DNA of 64,000 nt from Candidatus Wolfebacteria bacterium (GCA_024654025.1 JANLIR010000003.1:1658-65657); one strand, 5' to 3'. Positions 9,792 through 19,524 are shown, counted from the first letter of the stretch. The notes: generated from the sequence alone by a model not told the origin. A program made the numbers and translations.

Positions 9792-9822
9792 TTGACAAGT
9801 ATACCTAGGGGGGAGGTATAAT
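9792..9822 (+). promoter_or_regulatory. Promoter with CsoR-type operator
   Basis: TTGACA (9792) and TATAAT (9817) flank TATACCT-AGGGGGG-AGGTATA, an AT-rich IR around a G-tract typical of CsoR/RcnR operators. Confidence 0.75.
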
Positions 9823-9831
9823 GAATAATTA

Positions 9832-10098
9832 ATGAAAAAAAATAAAGAAATTATTACGGCGCTTAAAAAAGCGGACAGCCATTTAAAAAATATTATAGAA
9901 ATGGTTGAAAAAGAAGAGTATTGCGTAGATATTCTTCAGCAGAACTTGGCGGTTATCGGCCTTTTAAAATCAGCCAATAATAAGTTGATGGAGGGTCATT
10001 TGAATACTTGTTTTATTGAAGCAATAAAAGGATCAAATAAAAGGAAGGCGCAGAAAATGATTGACGAGCTTTTGCGGATAAATAAAAAAGTTCAATAA
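9832..10098 (+). CDS. csoR: CsoR/RcnR-family metal-sensing repressor
   Basis: MVE.EEYC.DILQQ..AV and H...C pattern; operator upstream; copA downstream. Confidence 0.85.
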   Translation: MKKNKEIITALKKADSHLKNIIEMVEKEEYCVDILQQNLAVIGLLKSANNKLMEGHLNTCFIEAIKGSNKRKAQKMIDELLRINKKVQ

Positions 10099-10111
10099 TT
10101 TTACGAATTTT

Positions 10112-11014
10112 ATGGAAAATAAAAACAAATACTTATTGCCTGTTTCGTTTTTTATATCAGCGATTTTAATTTCCGCCGCATTTATTTACAGCGCCGGATT
10201 AAAAAGCAAAGAAGGCGGGAATTATCCGGAAAGTGTCGCGTTAGCCAATAAATCCGGAGAGTCTAATTTTAGAGAAATTACGGCTCCGCCTCAAGGAACG
10301 GAATTGCCGGTTAAATGGGGAGATCTTGGGAAAAAAATGGTTGAAGCCGGAGTTATTGACTCAGAACAGATAAAAGCGATCTATGACAAAAGAGGAGGAC
10401 TAAGCGAAGAAGATAGAAATATTATTTTTGGAGATAACAACGGAAATTTAGTGATTACTCCTAAAAATTCCGGTTTGATTTTGAACATGCTTTGGGCGTT
10501 GGGATTAGTTAATAAAAATGAAATTCTAGAAAAAGGGCCGATGCAAAATTACGGCGACGCGGGAAAATTTGCTTCTACCGGCGGATGGTCGCTTGCCAAG
10601 GGAAGCGCCATGAATTATTACAGTAGCCGCGAGTTTGTGAAATTAACGCCGGCTCAACAAGATTTAGTGGAAAGAGTTTCCAAAAATATTTATCGGCCGT
10701 GTTGCGATAATTCGACTTATTTTCCAGATTGCAATCATGGGATGGCGATGCTGGGATTTTTACAGCTAATGGCCAGTCAAGGAGTTGGTGAAAGCGATAT
10801 GTATAGAGCGGCGCTAGTGTTGAATTCTTACTGGTTTCCGGATAATTATGCGACAATAGCCAAATATTTTAAACAAAAAGGAGTTGAATGGGACAAAGTT
10901 GACGCTAAAAATGTTTTGAGTGAGGAATTTTCAAGTATCTCCGGATACGAAAATATTGTTTCAAAAATAACCGAGCCCAAAGAAAATAAAGGAGGCGGAG
11001 GTTGCGGAGTATAA
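10112..11014 (+). CDS. Membrane-anchored hypothetical protein with Cys/His cluster
   Basis: N-terminal TM; RPCCDN...PDCNHG; C-terminal GGGCGV. Confidence 0.8.
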   Translation: MENKNKYLLPVSFFISAILISAAFIYSAGLKSKEGGNYPESVALANKSGESNFREITAPPQGTELPVKWGDLGKKMVEAGVIDSEQIKAIYDKRGGLSEEDRNIIFGDNNGNLVITPKNSGLILNMLWALGLVNKNEILEKGPMQNYGDAGKFASTGGWSLAKGSAMNYYSSREFVKLTPAQQDLVERVSKNIYRPCCDNSTYFPDCNHGMAMLGFLQLMASQGVGESDMYRAALVLNSYWFPDNYATIAKYFKQKGVEWDKVDAKNVLSEEFSSISGYENIVSKITEPKENKGGGGCGV

Positions 11015-11018
11015 AATT

Positions 11019-11870
11019 ATGAGTTTACTGATAAGCGCATCGTTAATAGCGGCTTTTTTCGCCGGGGTAGCGGCATTATTCGCGCCGTGTTGTGTGACGG
11101 TTCTTTTACCGTCTTATCTAGCCTCAATTTTTAGGCAAAAATATAAATTGTTTTTGATGACGTTTATATTCTTTTTGGGAATCGCAACTGTGTTTTTGCC
11201 TATAGGGTTGGGAGCTGCGGCGCTGGCTCAAATTTTCAGTCGGTATCACAACGTAATTTTCGGGGCCGGCGGAATATTTTTGATAATTATGGGATTAGTT
11301 CTTGTTTTGGGAAAAAAGTTTTCATTGCCGTTTAAAGTTCATCCGAAATTGGAAGCTAATAATGCGGGGTCGGTTTATGTGCTGGGAATTTTTTCCGGCA
11401 TTGCCACGACTTGTTGCGCTCCGGTTTTGGCGGGGGTTATTGCTTTAACGGTTATGCCCGGTTCGGTGTTTTTGGGAGTTATGTATACCCTAGCTTATGT
11501 TTTAGGAATGGTGATACCGCTTTTTATTTTGGCGTCTTTGGTTGATAAAACAAACGCAACTAACAGGTTTATGGTTTTAAAAAGACAGGTTGAATATACA
11601 TTTTTGGGAAGCAAAATTCGCGTCGCGGTTTCGGATATTATTTCCGGAGCGATATTTTTACTGATGGGATTAATAACAACTTATCTGGCTTTTACGAATA
11701 AGCTTTTTGTCCATTCGGCGTATCAAATGAACATAAATATTTATGTGGATAAAATAACCAAGGCAATCGGCGGTATTATCGGATTTGTGCCCCAGTATGT
11801 TTGGGCGTTGGTTGTGCTTTTGATAATAATTTTAATAACTAAAAAGTCGATTAATCAATTTAGAAAATAG
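11019..11870 (+). CDS. CcdA/DsbD-type transmembrane disulfide transporter
   Basis: G..ALFAPCC..LLP.Y and TTCCAPVL motifs, about 7 TMs. Confidence 0.85.
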   Translation: MSLLISASLIAAFFAGVAALFAPCCVTVLLPSYLASIFRQKYKLFLMTFIFFLGIATVFLPIGLGAAALAQIFSRYHNVIFGAGGIFLIIMGLVLVLGKKFSLPFKVHPKLEANNAGSVYVLGIFSGIATTCCAPVLAGVIALTVMPGSVFLGVMYTLAYVLGMVIPLFILASLVDKTNATNRFMVLKRQVEYTFLGSKIRVAVSDIISGAIFLLMGLITTYLAFTNKLFVHSAYQMNINIYVDKITKAIGGIIGFVPQYVWALVVLLIIILITKKSINQFRK

Positions 11871-12461
11871 ATGAAAAAATTTAGTATTTTTATAGCGGTT
11901 GCCGCTATTGCGCTACTTGGAGGAATGTATTATTTTGGCGGTCGAAATATTCAAAGCAATAATATTGGCGGACAAAAAACAAGCGCCGGATCGCTTGATG
12001 GTTTAGTCGGAAAACCAGTGTTAGGGTTTTCTTTGACCGATAGAGAAGGCAAAATTTATTCTTCCGAAAATTTGAAGGGCAAAAATTATGTCTTGTTTTT
12101 TAACGAGGGACTAATGTGTTATCCGGCTTGTTGGAGCCAAATGGCAGAGTTTGGAAAAGACGAGCGTTTTAATAAAGAAGATTTATTGGCATTTTCCGTT
12201 GTCGTTGATTCCAAGTCCGAATGGCAATCCGCGATTTCTAAAATGCCGGAGTTGGCCAGAACTAAAGTTTTGTTTGATAGCGGCGCAATTGTTTCCAGAA
12301 AATTCAATGTTTTAACGGTTAATTCCTCAATGCATTACGGCTCAATGCCGGGCCATACTTATATTGTGGTTGATAAAAGCGGCGTTGTCAGATACGTATA
12401 TGACGATCCGACAATGGCAATAAACAACGATATGTTGTTTATTAAAATTAATAGCTTTTAA
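11871..12461 (+). CDS. Membrane-anchored redoxin (peroxiredoxin/thioredoxin-like)
   Basis: F.L.D..G, CYPAC motif, [13 protein letters not shown]. Confidence 0.8.
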   Translation: MKKFSIFIAVAAIALLGGMYYFGGRNIQSNNIGGQKTSAGSLDGLVGKPVLGFSLTDREGKIYSSENLKGKNYVLFFNEGLMCYPACWSQMAEFGKDERFNKEDLLAFSVVVDSKSEWQSAISKMPELARTKVLFDSGAIVSRKFNVLTVNSSMHYGSMPGHTYIVVDKSGVVRYVYDDPTMAINNDMLFIKINSF

Positions 12462-12493
12462 TTAAAATTTGGCTTTGTGCTATTTCTAACGGT

Positions 12494-14785
12494 ATGAAGA
12501 AAACTTTTCAAATTATAGGAATGGACTGCGCGTCGTGCGCGGCGGCAATAGAATATTCAGTTAAAAAAATAAATGGCGTTAAAGACGCCAATGTTAATTA
12601 TGCCTCCGAAAAGCTGTTTGTTGACTTCGAAAAAGAAATAAACGACCAAGAAATAAAAGAAGCGGTTAAAAGAACCGGTTACCAAATTATTTCCGGAGGC
12701 GACCACGCGTCAATGGATCATAGTCAAATGGATCATTCTAAAATGGATCACGCCGAACATGGCGAAGAACACGATCACGCTAAGATGTTGAGCGAGGCAG
12801 AGACAAAGACGCTTAAAAATAAATTTTGGTTTGGGACGATTGCGTCTTTGATAACTTTGGTTTTGAGTTTTGGTAAAAGTTATATCGGTTTTATACCAAA
12901 AGATTTTAATTTAGTGTTGCTTGTTATTCTAGCGACGCCGGTTGAGTTTTGGGTGGGCAAGCAATTTTGGAGAGGAGCGTACTTTGAATTTAAAAATTTC
13001 AGGCCGGGCATGGATAGTTTGGTTGTGCTTGGCACCGGAGCAGCTTATTTTTTCAGCGTAGTTGTGTCGGTTTTTAATATTATTCCGGCGTTTAATAATT
13101 TTTTTATAGCTCAATTTGAGCCGTATTTTGACGTGGCGGTAGTAGTTGTCACTTTTATAATCTTGGGGAAATTTTTGGAAGCCAAGGCAAAAGGTTCGGC
13201 TTCGGAAGCGATAAAAAAATTATTAAAACTTCAAGCTAAAACCGCCCATCATATTATGCCTGACGGCTCAATACATGATATTGATATTGATAACGTGAAA
13301 GTCGGCGATGTTTTATTAGTAAAGCAAGGCGAAAAAATTCCGGTTGACGGCGTTATTTTTGAGGGAGCGACGTCAATTGACGAGTCAATGGTGACCGGAG
13401 AATCGCTTCCGGTTGATAAAAAAGAGGGCGATAAAGTTATCGGCGCCACCATTAACAAAAGCGAGTTGTTTAAAATGAAAGCGACTAAGATAGGTAAAGA
13501 CACTTTTTTGTCGCAGATTGTTAAAATTGTTGAAGAGGCGCAGGCGTCAAAAGCGCCGATTCAAAAATTGGCCGATAAAATAACCGGAGTTTTTGTGCCG
13601 ATAGTTATAGCGGTCGCCACATTGACGTTTATTGTATGGATGATTTTGGGACCGGAGCCGCGTTTTGTTTACGCTTTGATAAACGCCGTAGCGGTTTTGG
13701 TTGTTGCGTGTCCTTGCGCTTTGGGGCTTGCCACTCCGATTGCGGTAATTACCGGCACGGGTAAAGGCGCGGAAAACGGAATCATAATAAGAAACGCCAG
13801 TTCTTTGGAAACAGCGGGGAGAATTAATACCGTGGTTTTGGATAAAACCGGAACCATTACTAAAGGCGAGCCGGCTATAACGGATATAATAACCAACGAC
13901 CCACAAATAACGAAAAACGACATATTGCAGATTGGGGCGAGTTTGGATCAAAACTCGTCGCATCCTATCGGCAAGGCAGTTGTTTTAAAAGCCAAAAACG
14001 AAAATATTAAACTAAGTTTGGTTTCGGAATTTTCAACGATTCTCGGAAAAGGAGTAAAAGGAAAAATTGAAAACAAAGAATATATTTTCGGAAGCAAAAA
14101 AATAATAGGCGATTATCAAATTGATTTCCCGACGCAATTAATGCACTCGCTTGAAGAATTGGAAGAGCAAGGGAAAACGGTTTTGATTTTGTCCGACACA
14201 AAAAAGATTTTAGGCATAGTGGCGGTTGCCGATACTTTGAAAGAGACTGCCAAAGAAACTGTTGATAAGTTAAAAAAATTAGAGGTGGATGTTTGGATGA
14301 TAACTGGAGATAACGAAAGAACCGCGCACGCTATTGCCGAGAAGGTCGGCATTAAAAATGTTTTGGCTTCGGTTTTGCCGGAGCAAAAATCTCAAAAAGT
14401 AAAAGAATTGCAGGATAAAGGATTTGTTGTGGCAATGGTTGGTGATGGTATTAACGACGCGCCGGCTTTGACGCAAGCCGATATTGGAATCGCTATTGGA
14501 ACCGGGACGGACATTGCTATAGAATCAGCGGGCATAACTTTGGCTTCCGGCGATCCGGTTGGAGTGTATAAGGCGATTCTGCTTTCCAGAAAAACTTTGA
14601 AAAACATCAAGCAGAATCTTTTTTGGGCCTATGCTTATAATATAGCTTTGATTCCTGTGGCAGCCGGGGTTTTGTATCCGGCATTCGGATTGCTTTTGAA
14701 CCCGATTTTGGCCGGCGCGGCAATGGCTTTTAGTTCGCTTTCGGTTGTGCTAAACTCGTTGAGGTTAAAGAGAATCAAGTTTTAA
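12494..14785 (+). CDS. copA: Copper-translocating P1B-type ATPase
   Basis: GMDCASC HMA domain, His/Met-rich linker, [22 protein letters not shown] and MAFSS motifs. Confidence 0.95.
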   Translation: MKKTFQIIGMDCASCAAAIEYSVKKINGVKDANVNYASEKLFVDFEKEINDQEIKEAVKRTGYQIISGGDHASMDHSQMDHSKMDHAEHGEEHDHAKMLSEAETKTLKNKFWFGTIASLITLVLSFGKSYIGFIPKDFNLVLLVILATPVEFWVGKQFWRGAYFEFKNFRPGMDSLVVLGTGAAYFFSVVVSVFNIIPAFNNFFIAQFEPYFDVAVVVVTFIILGKFLEAKAKGSASEAIKKLLKLQAKTAHHIMPDGSIHDIDIDNVKVGDVLLVKQGEKIPVDGVIFEGATSIDESMVTGESLPVDKKEGDKVIGATINKSELFKMKATKIGKDTFLSQIVKIVEEAQASKAPIQKLADKITGVFVPIVIAVATLTFIVWMILGPEPRFVYALINAVAVLVVACPCALGLATPIAVITGTGKGAENGIIIRNASSLETAGRINTVVLDKTGTITKGEPAITDIITNDPQITKNDILQIGASLDQNSSHPIGKAVVLKAKNENIKLSLVSEFSTILGKGVKGKIENKEYIFGSKKIIGDYQIDFPTQLMHSLEELEEQGKTVLILSDTKKILGIVAVADTLKETAKETVDKLKKLEVDVWMITGDNERTAHAIAEKVGIKNVLASVLPEQKSQKVKELQDKGFVVAMVGDGINDAPALTQADIGIAIGTGTDIAIESAGITLASGDPVGVYKAILLSRKTLKNIKQNLFWAYAYNIALIPVAAGVLYPAFGLLLNPILAGAAMAFSSLSVVLNSLRLKRIKF

Positions 14786-14825
14786 ATTAGGGAGTAAGTC
14801 GGCTCCTTATAATAAAAATTTAATT

Positions 14826-15104
14826 ATGTACTACAACAATATGATGAATCCTTATGGTTGGGGAGGCGGATACGGGATGATGCAGTTTGGATTGCTGGGA
14901 TGGATTTTTATGGTTTTGTGGTGGGTTATAGTCATTGCCGTGATTGTCTGGGTGATCAGAGCGATTTTTGGACGAGGAAGAAGGAATTATTGGCAAGAGT
15001 GGCATGGAGAAAAAGGACCTTTGGAAATTTTAAAAGAAAGATACGCGAAAGGAGAGATTGATAAGAGTGAGTATGAAGAGAAAAAGAAAGACCTTGAAAA
15101 ATAA
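14826..15104 (+). CDS. SHOCT-domain small membrane protein
   Basis: Met/Gly-rich N-terminus, one TM, PLEILKERYAKGEIDKSEYEEKKKDL. Confidence 0.85.
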   Translation: MYYNNMMNPYGWGGGYGMMQFGLLGWIFMVLWWVIVIAVIVWVIRAIFGRGRRNYWQEWHGEKGPLEILKERYAKGEIDKSEYEEKKKDLEK

Positions 15105-15125
15105 TACTTCGGCCAGCTTAGTATA

Positions 15126-15163
15126 AACTAAAACAGTCCCGCCACGGCGGGACTGTTTTAGTT
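15126..15163. terminator. Bidirectional intrinsic terminator
   Basis: AACTAAAACAGTCCCGC / GCGGGACTGTTTTAGTT stem. Confidence 0.75.
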
Positions 15164-15199
15164 ATTGGTGTATTTATTGTACCAAGCGCGAACCTATTT

Positions 15200-15394
15200 T
15201 CAAAACAAGTGATGTTCCGCCAGAGGCGGACAGGCGCACGCACGGAGCGTGTGGTGGCTTAAGATTGAGTCGAGATTGCAACTCTTGTGTTTTTTACACC
15301 ACGCCTCGTATTTTTCCGCCCATTCCTTGTCTCGGTATTTTAATCCGCACTCAGAGCATTGGTAGGACTTTTGGTTTTGATTGGCGTTATTCAT
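15200..15394 (-). CDS. Small zinc-finger-like protein (C-terminus possibly altered at island edge)
   Basis: YQCSECG.KY...WA.K.E.WC..H.SCN. Confidence 0.55.
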   Translation of the reverse strand: MNNANQNQKSYQCSECGLKYRDKEWAEKYEAWCKKHKSCNLDSILSHHTLRACACPPLAEHHLF

Positions 15395-15865
15395 TTATTC
15401 AACCACAATCGTACCACCTTCACCGGGGTTAAGATGATTGTGATATTTCCAGTTGCCTGCCTTAGTGAAAGTAAAAGAATAATTTTCGCCCCTTGAGTAT
15501 CCGCGTTTTGCGTCAAAACCAGAATAATCGGTATGAATCGGATGAGGGTTTGAAGCAACCCACATCGGCCCTGACTTTTCGTTTTTGAAGATAACTGTTG
15601 TTCCGATCTTCACGCGAAGAATGCTCGGAGAAAATCCTGAATCGCTGTATGCTACGACATTCTTTTCTGTGGCTGGCGCTTGACTTACGGATGGCTGCGA
15701 AACTGGCTGCTCGGTTGACGGCACCGAAGTTTGCTGTTGCGGAACTGTTTGCTGATTTGATGTTTGAGGAACCGACGGTGTCGATTGGGATGTCCCCTTA
15801 AAAAGAAAATATCCGCCAACGAGAACAACTGCGACGATAACAATTGCGATGATAGATTTGTTCAT
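15395..15865 (-). CDS. Membrane-anchored cupredoxin/plastocyanin-like protein
   Basis: TM plus Q/S/P linker, FSP..L.VK.G.TV.F.N, PHP.H, G.WKYHNH. Confidence 0.8.
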   Translation of the reverse strand: MNKSIIAIVIVAVVLVGGYFLFKGTSQSTPSVPQTSNQQTVPQQQTSVPSTEQPVSQPSVSQAPATEKNVVAYSDSGFSPSILRVKIGTTVIFKNEKSGPMWVASNPHPIHTDYSGFDAKRGYSRGENYSFTFTKAGNWKYHNHLNPGEGGTIVVE

Positions 15866-15927
15866 ATAAGTTTAGTTATTGATTAAAGTTAATAAATTAT
15901 TTTTAAAGGCTTTCGGCTTTGGCCCTT

Positions 15928-16116
15928 TTATTTTTCTTTCCATTTCCACCATACAAGTCCAGCCGCAACTAAGAAAGCAACTCCGATTATCCCATGTATG
16001 TTGTGTAGATATAATCCAAATTGTTCATGATTAAGTGGTAATGGAGCTGTGTGGTCAATAAGCCAATAAAGTCCGATAATAACTAAAACGATAACCGTAA
16101 TAATTGTTTTGTTCAT
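15928..16116 (-). CDS. Small two-TM His-containing protein
   Basis: 62 aa, two hydrophobic segments, DH...NHE...H..H. Confidence 0.6.
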   Translation of the reverse strand: MNKTIITVIVLVIIGLYWLIDHTAPLPLNHEQFGLYLHNIHGIIGVAFLVAAGLVWWKWKEK

Positions 16117-16139
16117 ATTGGTTAAGATTACTAATTATT

Positions 16140-16730
16140 TTATCCGCGAGCGTTTTTGAGGGCGCGGGTCCACCACAAAAGTTGAGTGATCATGGCCTTT
16201 GCCTGATCTGCAAGCGAGGCGAAAAGTTCTTTTGCGTCCATTTTGCCAAAGAGCACTTGGAAATACTGCTCGCCGGGAATGTGCACCGCCACTCGGATCG
16301 GCGCCATTTGAAGCTCAACGGCATTGAGGCGTAACTGTTCAACTGCGCGCGCTCCGCCGACACCGCCATAACTTACGAAGGCAACCGGCTTATTGTTCCA
16401 TTCCTGATAGACCCAATCGAGAGCATTTTTCAGCACGCCGGACGTGCCGTGGTTGTATTCCGGGGTAATCATAATAAAAGCGTCTCCCTCTGCAATTTTT
16501 TTGGTAAAGCGCGTGACTGCCTCGTTCTTAAACGGCTCTTGCTTGAATGACGGACTCACGGGTTCGTTAAAAAACGGCATCTCGTAATCCCTCAAGTCAA
16601 GCACCTCGACCGAAATCCCGTTTTGTTTCTTGATTTCATCGGCAATCCACACAGCGGCTTTATCGCTAAATCGGCCTTCGCGAGTGCTACCTGCTATTAC
16701 TTTGATGTTGAGTGATGTAGTGTTTTTCAT
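16140..16730 (-). CDS. NADPH-dependent FMN reductase (flavodoxin-like)
   Basis: GSTREGR, TPEYNHG.SGVLKNALD, YGG.GG.RA.EQLR. Confidence 0.92.
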   Translation of the reverse strand: MKNTTSLNIKVIAGSTREGRFSDKAAVWIADEIKKQNGISVEVLDLRDYEMPFFNEPVSPSFKQEPFKNEAVTRFTKKIAEGDAFIMITPEYNHGTSGVLKNALDWVYQEWNNKPVAFVSYGGVGGARAVEQLRLNAVELQMAPIRVAVHIPGEQYFQVLFGKMDAKELFASLADQAKAMITQLLWWTRALKNARG

Positions 16731-16756
16731 AGGTTGTAAAATTAATTTAATAAATC

Positions 16757-17059
16757 TCACGCGCTACTTTTTCGCTTTTTCTTTGGTCTAATCTCCTCTG
16801 CAAGGCGTTTGAGGAGGTGGATGGTGTGCTCGACATTGAGCGTATACCGAACTTCCTGCCCTTGCCGTTCATCTTGCACCAAGCCAGTTTCCCTAAGAAC
16901 GCGCAGGTGCTGAGATACGAGGGGTTGAGACAGTTTTGTTTTCCTCGCAAGCTCGCTTACCGTCTTATGGCCGGAGAAAAGTGCCTCCACGATGCGATAG
17001 CGCGGAACACTCCCGATACCCTTACCAAACTTTTCCATTTCCTTGCACAAATCTGTCAT
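16757..17059 (-). CDS. ArsR/SmtB-family transcriptional regulator
   Basis: TVSELA...LSQP.VSQHLRVLRE.GLV...R.G..V.Y. Confidence 0.9.
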   Translation of the reverse strand: MTDLCKEMEKFGKGIGSVPRYRIVEALFSGHKTVSELARKTKLSQPLVSQHLRVLRETGLVQDERQGQEVRYTLNVEHTIHLLKRLAEEIRPKKKRKSSA

Positions 17060-17066
17060 ATGTAGA

Positions 17067-17084
17067 TATTAGCATATTCTAATA
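17067..17084. promoter_or_regulatory. Putative ArsR operator inverted repeat
   Basis: TATTAG-CATATT-CTAATA just upstream of the arsR start. Confidence 0.5.
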
Positions 17085-17152
17085 GACCAATGCAAGCCAA
17101 AAATTCCAAAATAAAGCCCGCGCGGAGCAGTCATTTCCGAACAAGTCAGTTT

Positions 17153-17239
17153 TGGTGCGCGGGAGAGGATTTGAACCTCCAAGCCCTTGCGGGCGCTACC
17201 ACCTCAAGGTAGTGCGTCTGCCAGTTTCGCCACCCGCGC
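17153..17239 (-). tRNA. tRNA-Leu(GAG)
   Basis: Cloverleaf GCGCGGG...CCCGCGC-ACCA; anticodon arm CTACC-TTGAGGT-GGTAG; long variable arm. Confidence 0.95.
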
Positions 17240-17402
17240 ATAGTTTAATTATCATTAAAAAACTTGAATTTTCAAGTTCAAACGAGATTCTTCATCCGAC
17301 AGTTGGCGGATTCAGAATGACCAAGGAGGATGTTGTCTGCGTAGATCTGCCGCTTTGATTTGTTGTAGGTTGTAGGTCGTTGGTTGTGGGTTGTTAGTTA
17401 GC

Positions 17403-17729
17403 TTACGCCGCCACTCCGATTTTTTCTCGAGACTTTTTCTTGGAGAGATTTCTTACAAAATAAATTTTTGAGCGGTGCACTTTTTTGGGCGAGCTCGTAA
17501 TTTCAACTTTATCTATTAACGGCGAATTTATGGGATAAATTTTTTCCACTCCAACTCCGGCAACCGTTGAGCGGACCGTGAAAGTACCACCGGACTCATT
17601 TCCGTGTTTTCTGGCAATCACAAGCCCTTGGAACCTGCCGATTCTTTCCTTGTCGCCTTCTTTTATTTTTTCGTAAACCCGGACCATTGCCCCAGATTTG
17701 ATTTTATCGAGTATCTCTTGCTTTATCAT
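17403..17729 (-). CDS. rplS: 50S ribosomal protein L19
   Basis: VRV..KIKEGDKERI..FQG.VI, GVGVEKIYP..SP, RSKIYFVR. Confidence 0.95.
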   Translation of the reverse strand: MIKQEILDKIKSGAMVRVYEKIKEGDKERIGRFQGLVIARKHGNESGGTFTVRSTVAGVGVEKIYPINSPLIDKVEITSSPKKVHRSKIYFVRNLSKKKSREKIGVAA

Positions 17730-17741
17730 GGTTTTTATATA

Positions 17742-18530
17742 TTAGTTAGTGTTTTCTAATTTGTCAACGATTTTTTGCAATTCCTTGGGCAGACCAGCTT
17801 CTATTTTAATTCGACGGTTTTCTGAAAGATTGAATTCAAGAGATTTTGCGTGAAGAAATTGTCTATTTAATTTGAAGGGGACTCCCTTGGACAAGTCGTT
17901 CGACCCTGAGGGTCTCAGACCCGATGGGCTCAGGACGGGTTTTTTAGGACCATACAGAGAGTCGCCTACAATTGGATGGCCGATGGAAGCGAGGTGTACT
18001 CTGATTTGGTGCGTTCTGCCTGTTTTTGGTATAACTTTCAGCAGGCTGAAAGTAGTGGATTTATGCGAATGAATAACGGATTTATACGGATCAAAAAATT
18101 TCAATACTTCGTATTCTGTAATGGCTGGTTTTTCCATTTTCCCTTTAAAAACCGTTCTTTTGGTGGTGCCGGGTTTTAGGCTGATTGGTTTTTCTATAAC
18201 CCCTTTTTTGTTTTTAACTTCGCCCCAAACTAAAGCTAAATACGTTTTTTTGATTTTGCGTTCCTGAAATAATTTTTTTAGATATTCAAAGTATTTTTGG
18301 TTTCTAGGAACGATAATTATTCCGGAGGTGTCTTTATCAAGCCGATGGACTATGCCCGGCCGATTTTTGGGATCGTCGCCGACATTTTTTATTTCCGGGT
18401 ATTTTTTAACCAGCCAATCGGAGAGAGTTTTCTCAGTGCTGGTTGCGGTTGGGTGAACAAGCAGCCCCGCCGGCTTGTTGATGGCGATTAGATTTTTGTC
18501 TTGGTAGAGAATTTCAATTTTTTCGTTCAT
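17742..18530 (-). CDS. RluA/RluD-family pseudouridine synthase (no S4 domain)
   Basis: INKPAGL.VHP, VHRLDKDTSG, TGRTHQIRVH, GHPIVGD.LYG. Confidence 0.93.
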   Translation of the reverse strand: MNEKIEILYQDKNLIAINKPAGLLVHPTATSTEKTLSDWLVKKYPEIKNVGDDPKNRPGIVHRLDKDTSGIIIVPRNQKYFEYLKKLFQERKIKKTYLALVWGEVKNKKGVIEKPISLKPGTTKRTVFKGKMEKPAITEYEVLKFFDPYKSVIHSHKSTTFSLLKVIPKTGRTHQIRVHLASIGHPIVGDSLYGPKKPVLSPSGLRPSGSNDLSKGVPFKLNRQFLHAKSLEFNLSENRRIKIEAGLPKELQKIVDKLENTN

Positions 18531-18555
18531 GTTTTTGCGTATGATATAAATATAG

Positions 18556-18592
18556 CAAAAATCCGCCTAATTTTAATTGGGCGGATTTTTTG
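18556..18592 (-). terminator. Terminator downstream of tRNA pair
   Basis: AAAAATCCGCC...GGCGGATTTTT hairpin. Confidence 0.65.
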
Positions 18593-18664
18593 TGGGCGTT
18601 AGAGGGATCGGACCTCTGACCTTTTCGATGTCAACGAAACGCTCTACCACTGAGCTAAACGCCC
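18593..18664 (-). tRNA. tRNA-Val(GAC), CCA not encoded
   Basis: GGGCGTT...AACGCCC-A; anticodon arm TTTCG-TTGACAT-CGAAA; T-loop TCCGATC atypical. Confidence 0.9.
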
Positions 18665-18667
18665 TTC

Positions 18668-18742
18668 TGGTGCGTGTGGAAGGAATCGAACCTTCGACCT
18701 CTGTCTTATCAGGACAGCGTTCTACCACTGAACTACACACGC
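18668..18742 (-). tRNA. tRNA-Ile(GAT)
   Basis: GCGTGTG...CACACGC-ACCA; anticodon arm CTGTC-CTGATAA-GACAG. Confidence 0.95.
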
Positions 18743-18791
18743 ATAAAATAAAAAACGGTATTTAAAAATATACACGTTTTTTTAAAATTGT

Positions 18792-18989
18792 CTATTCTTT
18801 TATAATCCCGATATTTTTGAGTTTTTCAAAATTAAATCTTGCAACCGGAGAGGCTAAATTGTTTTGGCCTTCTATACTTTGAAAAATATTTTTGGCAAAG
18901 GTGATGGTAAAAAAGATTACGATAAGAAGCGCTGTTAGGATTAAAACGCCGGCGATTGTAAAAATAATTTCCCGTTTTTTTGAGTTCAT
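18792..18989 (-). CDS. Small single-TM hypothetical protein
   Basis: 65 aa, N-terminal TM, follows PilO-like gene. Confidence 0.6.
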   Translation of the reverse strand: MNSKKREIIFTIAGVLILTALLIVIFFTITFAKNIFQSIEGQNNLASPVARFNFEKLKNIGIIKE

Positions 18990-18996
18990 CGTTATG

Positions 18997-19524
18997 TTAA
19001 AAAGAAAATATTTGTCCGTTTAAATTTCCATTGAAAGCGCGGCTGTTTTCAAAATTTAAATCCATTGATGTTAGTTGGACGGCGTATTTGCTGTTTTCAA
19101 TAGCTTTTAAAAAGTTGGCGATACTTAAAAATCCTCCCGAAGCGCTATTTAAGGACAGGACCATAGAGGTTCTGCGAGCCTTATTTTCAAGGGAGGGAGT
19201 TTCTTCGCGAAATTCCAAATTTAAGTTTATGCCGTTTGTTTGCGCCAATGCAATCAATTCTTTTTTGGAATTTATTAATTGCTCTTTTGTTATCAGCGCT
19301 GAGTCGAGCTCCGCGGAATAAGAAGCGGCTTTTTGTGATTCGGATTGTAAAATCGTCAATAATTCCAAGCCACGATTTTTTCTTGAGATCTCCAATTTTG
19401 CCTGGCTAATTTGCTGGGCTTTTTTGCTTGAATCGCTGGCCAACAATATTACCGTTACTAGAACGATTAAAATAAGCCCTAAAATAGCCGAAATTGTAAT
19501 TATCAAATATTTCCGAAAATTCAT
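18997..19524 (-). CDS. PilO/GspM-like membrane protein (start re-called at MNFRKYL)
   Basis: TM plus coiled coil plus F..I.NFL..IEN....V.L..M pattern. Confidence 0.6.
   Translation of the reverse strand: MNFRKYLIITISAILGLILIVLVTVILLASDSSKKAQQISQAKLEISRKNRGLELLTILQSESQKAASYSAELDSALITKEQLINSKKELIALAQTNGINLNLEFREETPSLENKARRTSMVLSLNSASGGFLSIANFLKAIENSKYAVQLTSMDLNFENSRAFNGNLNGQIFSF

Larger units (their letters stand above)
15165..17157. mobile_element. ~2-kb integrase-less cargo island at the 3' end of tRNA-Leu
   Basis: TTGGTG core repeated at 15165-15170 and 17152-17157; joining the ends gives a continuous recombinase-C-terminus-like frame; cargo all on minus strand. Confidence 0.6.

Noticed and set aside
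12700-12780. MDHS tandem repeats in CopA
   Set aside because: His/Met-rich linkers are well known in copper ATPases.
17152-17358. ORF MVRGRGFEPP... and ORF 18577-18765
   Set aside because: These are antisense translations of tRNA genes.
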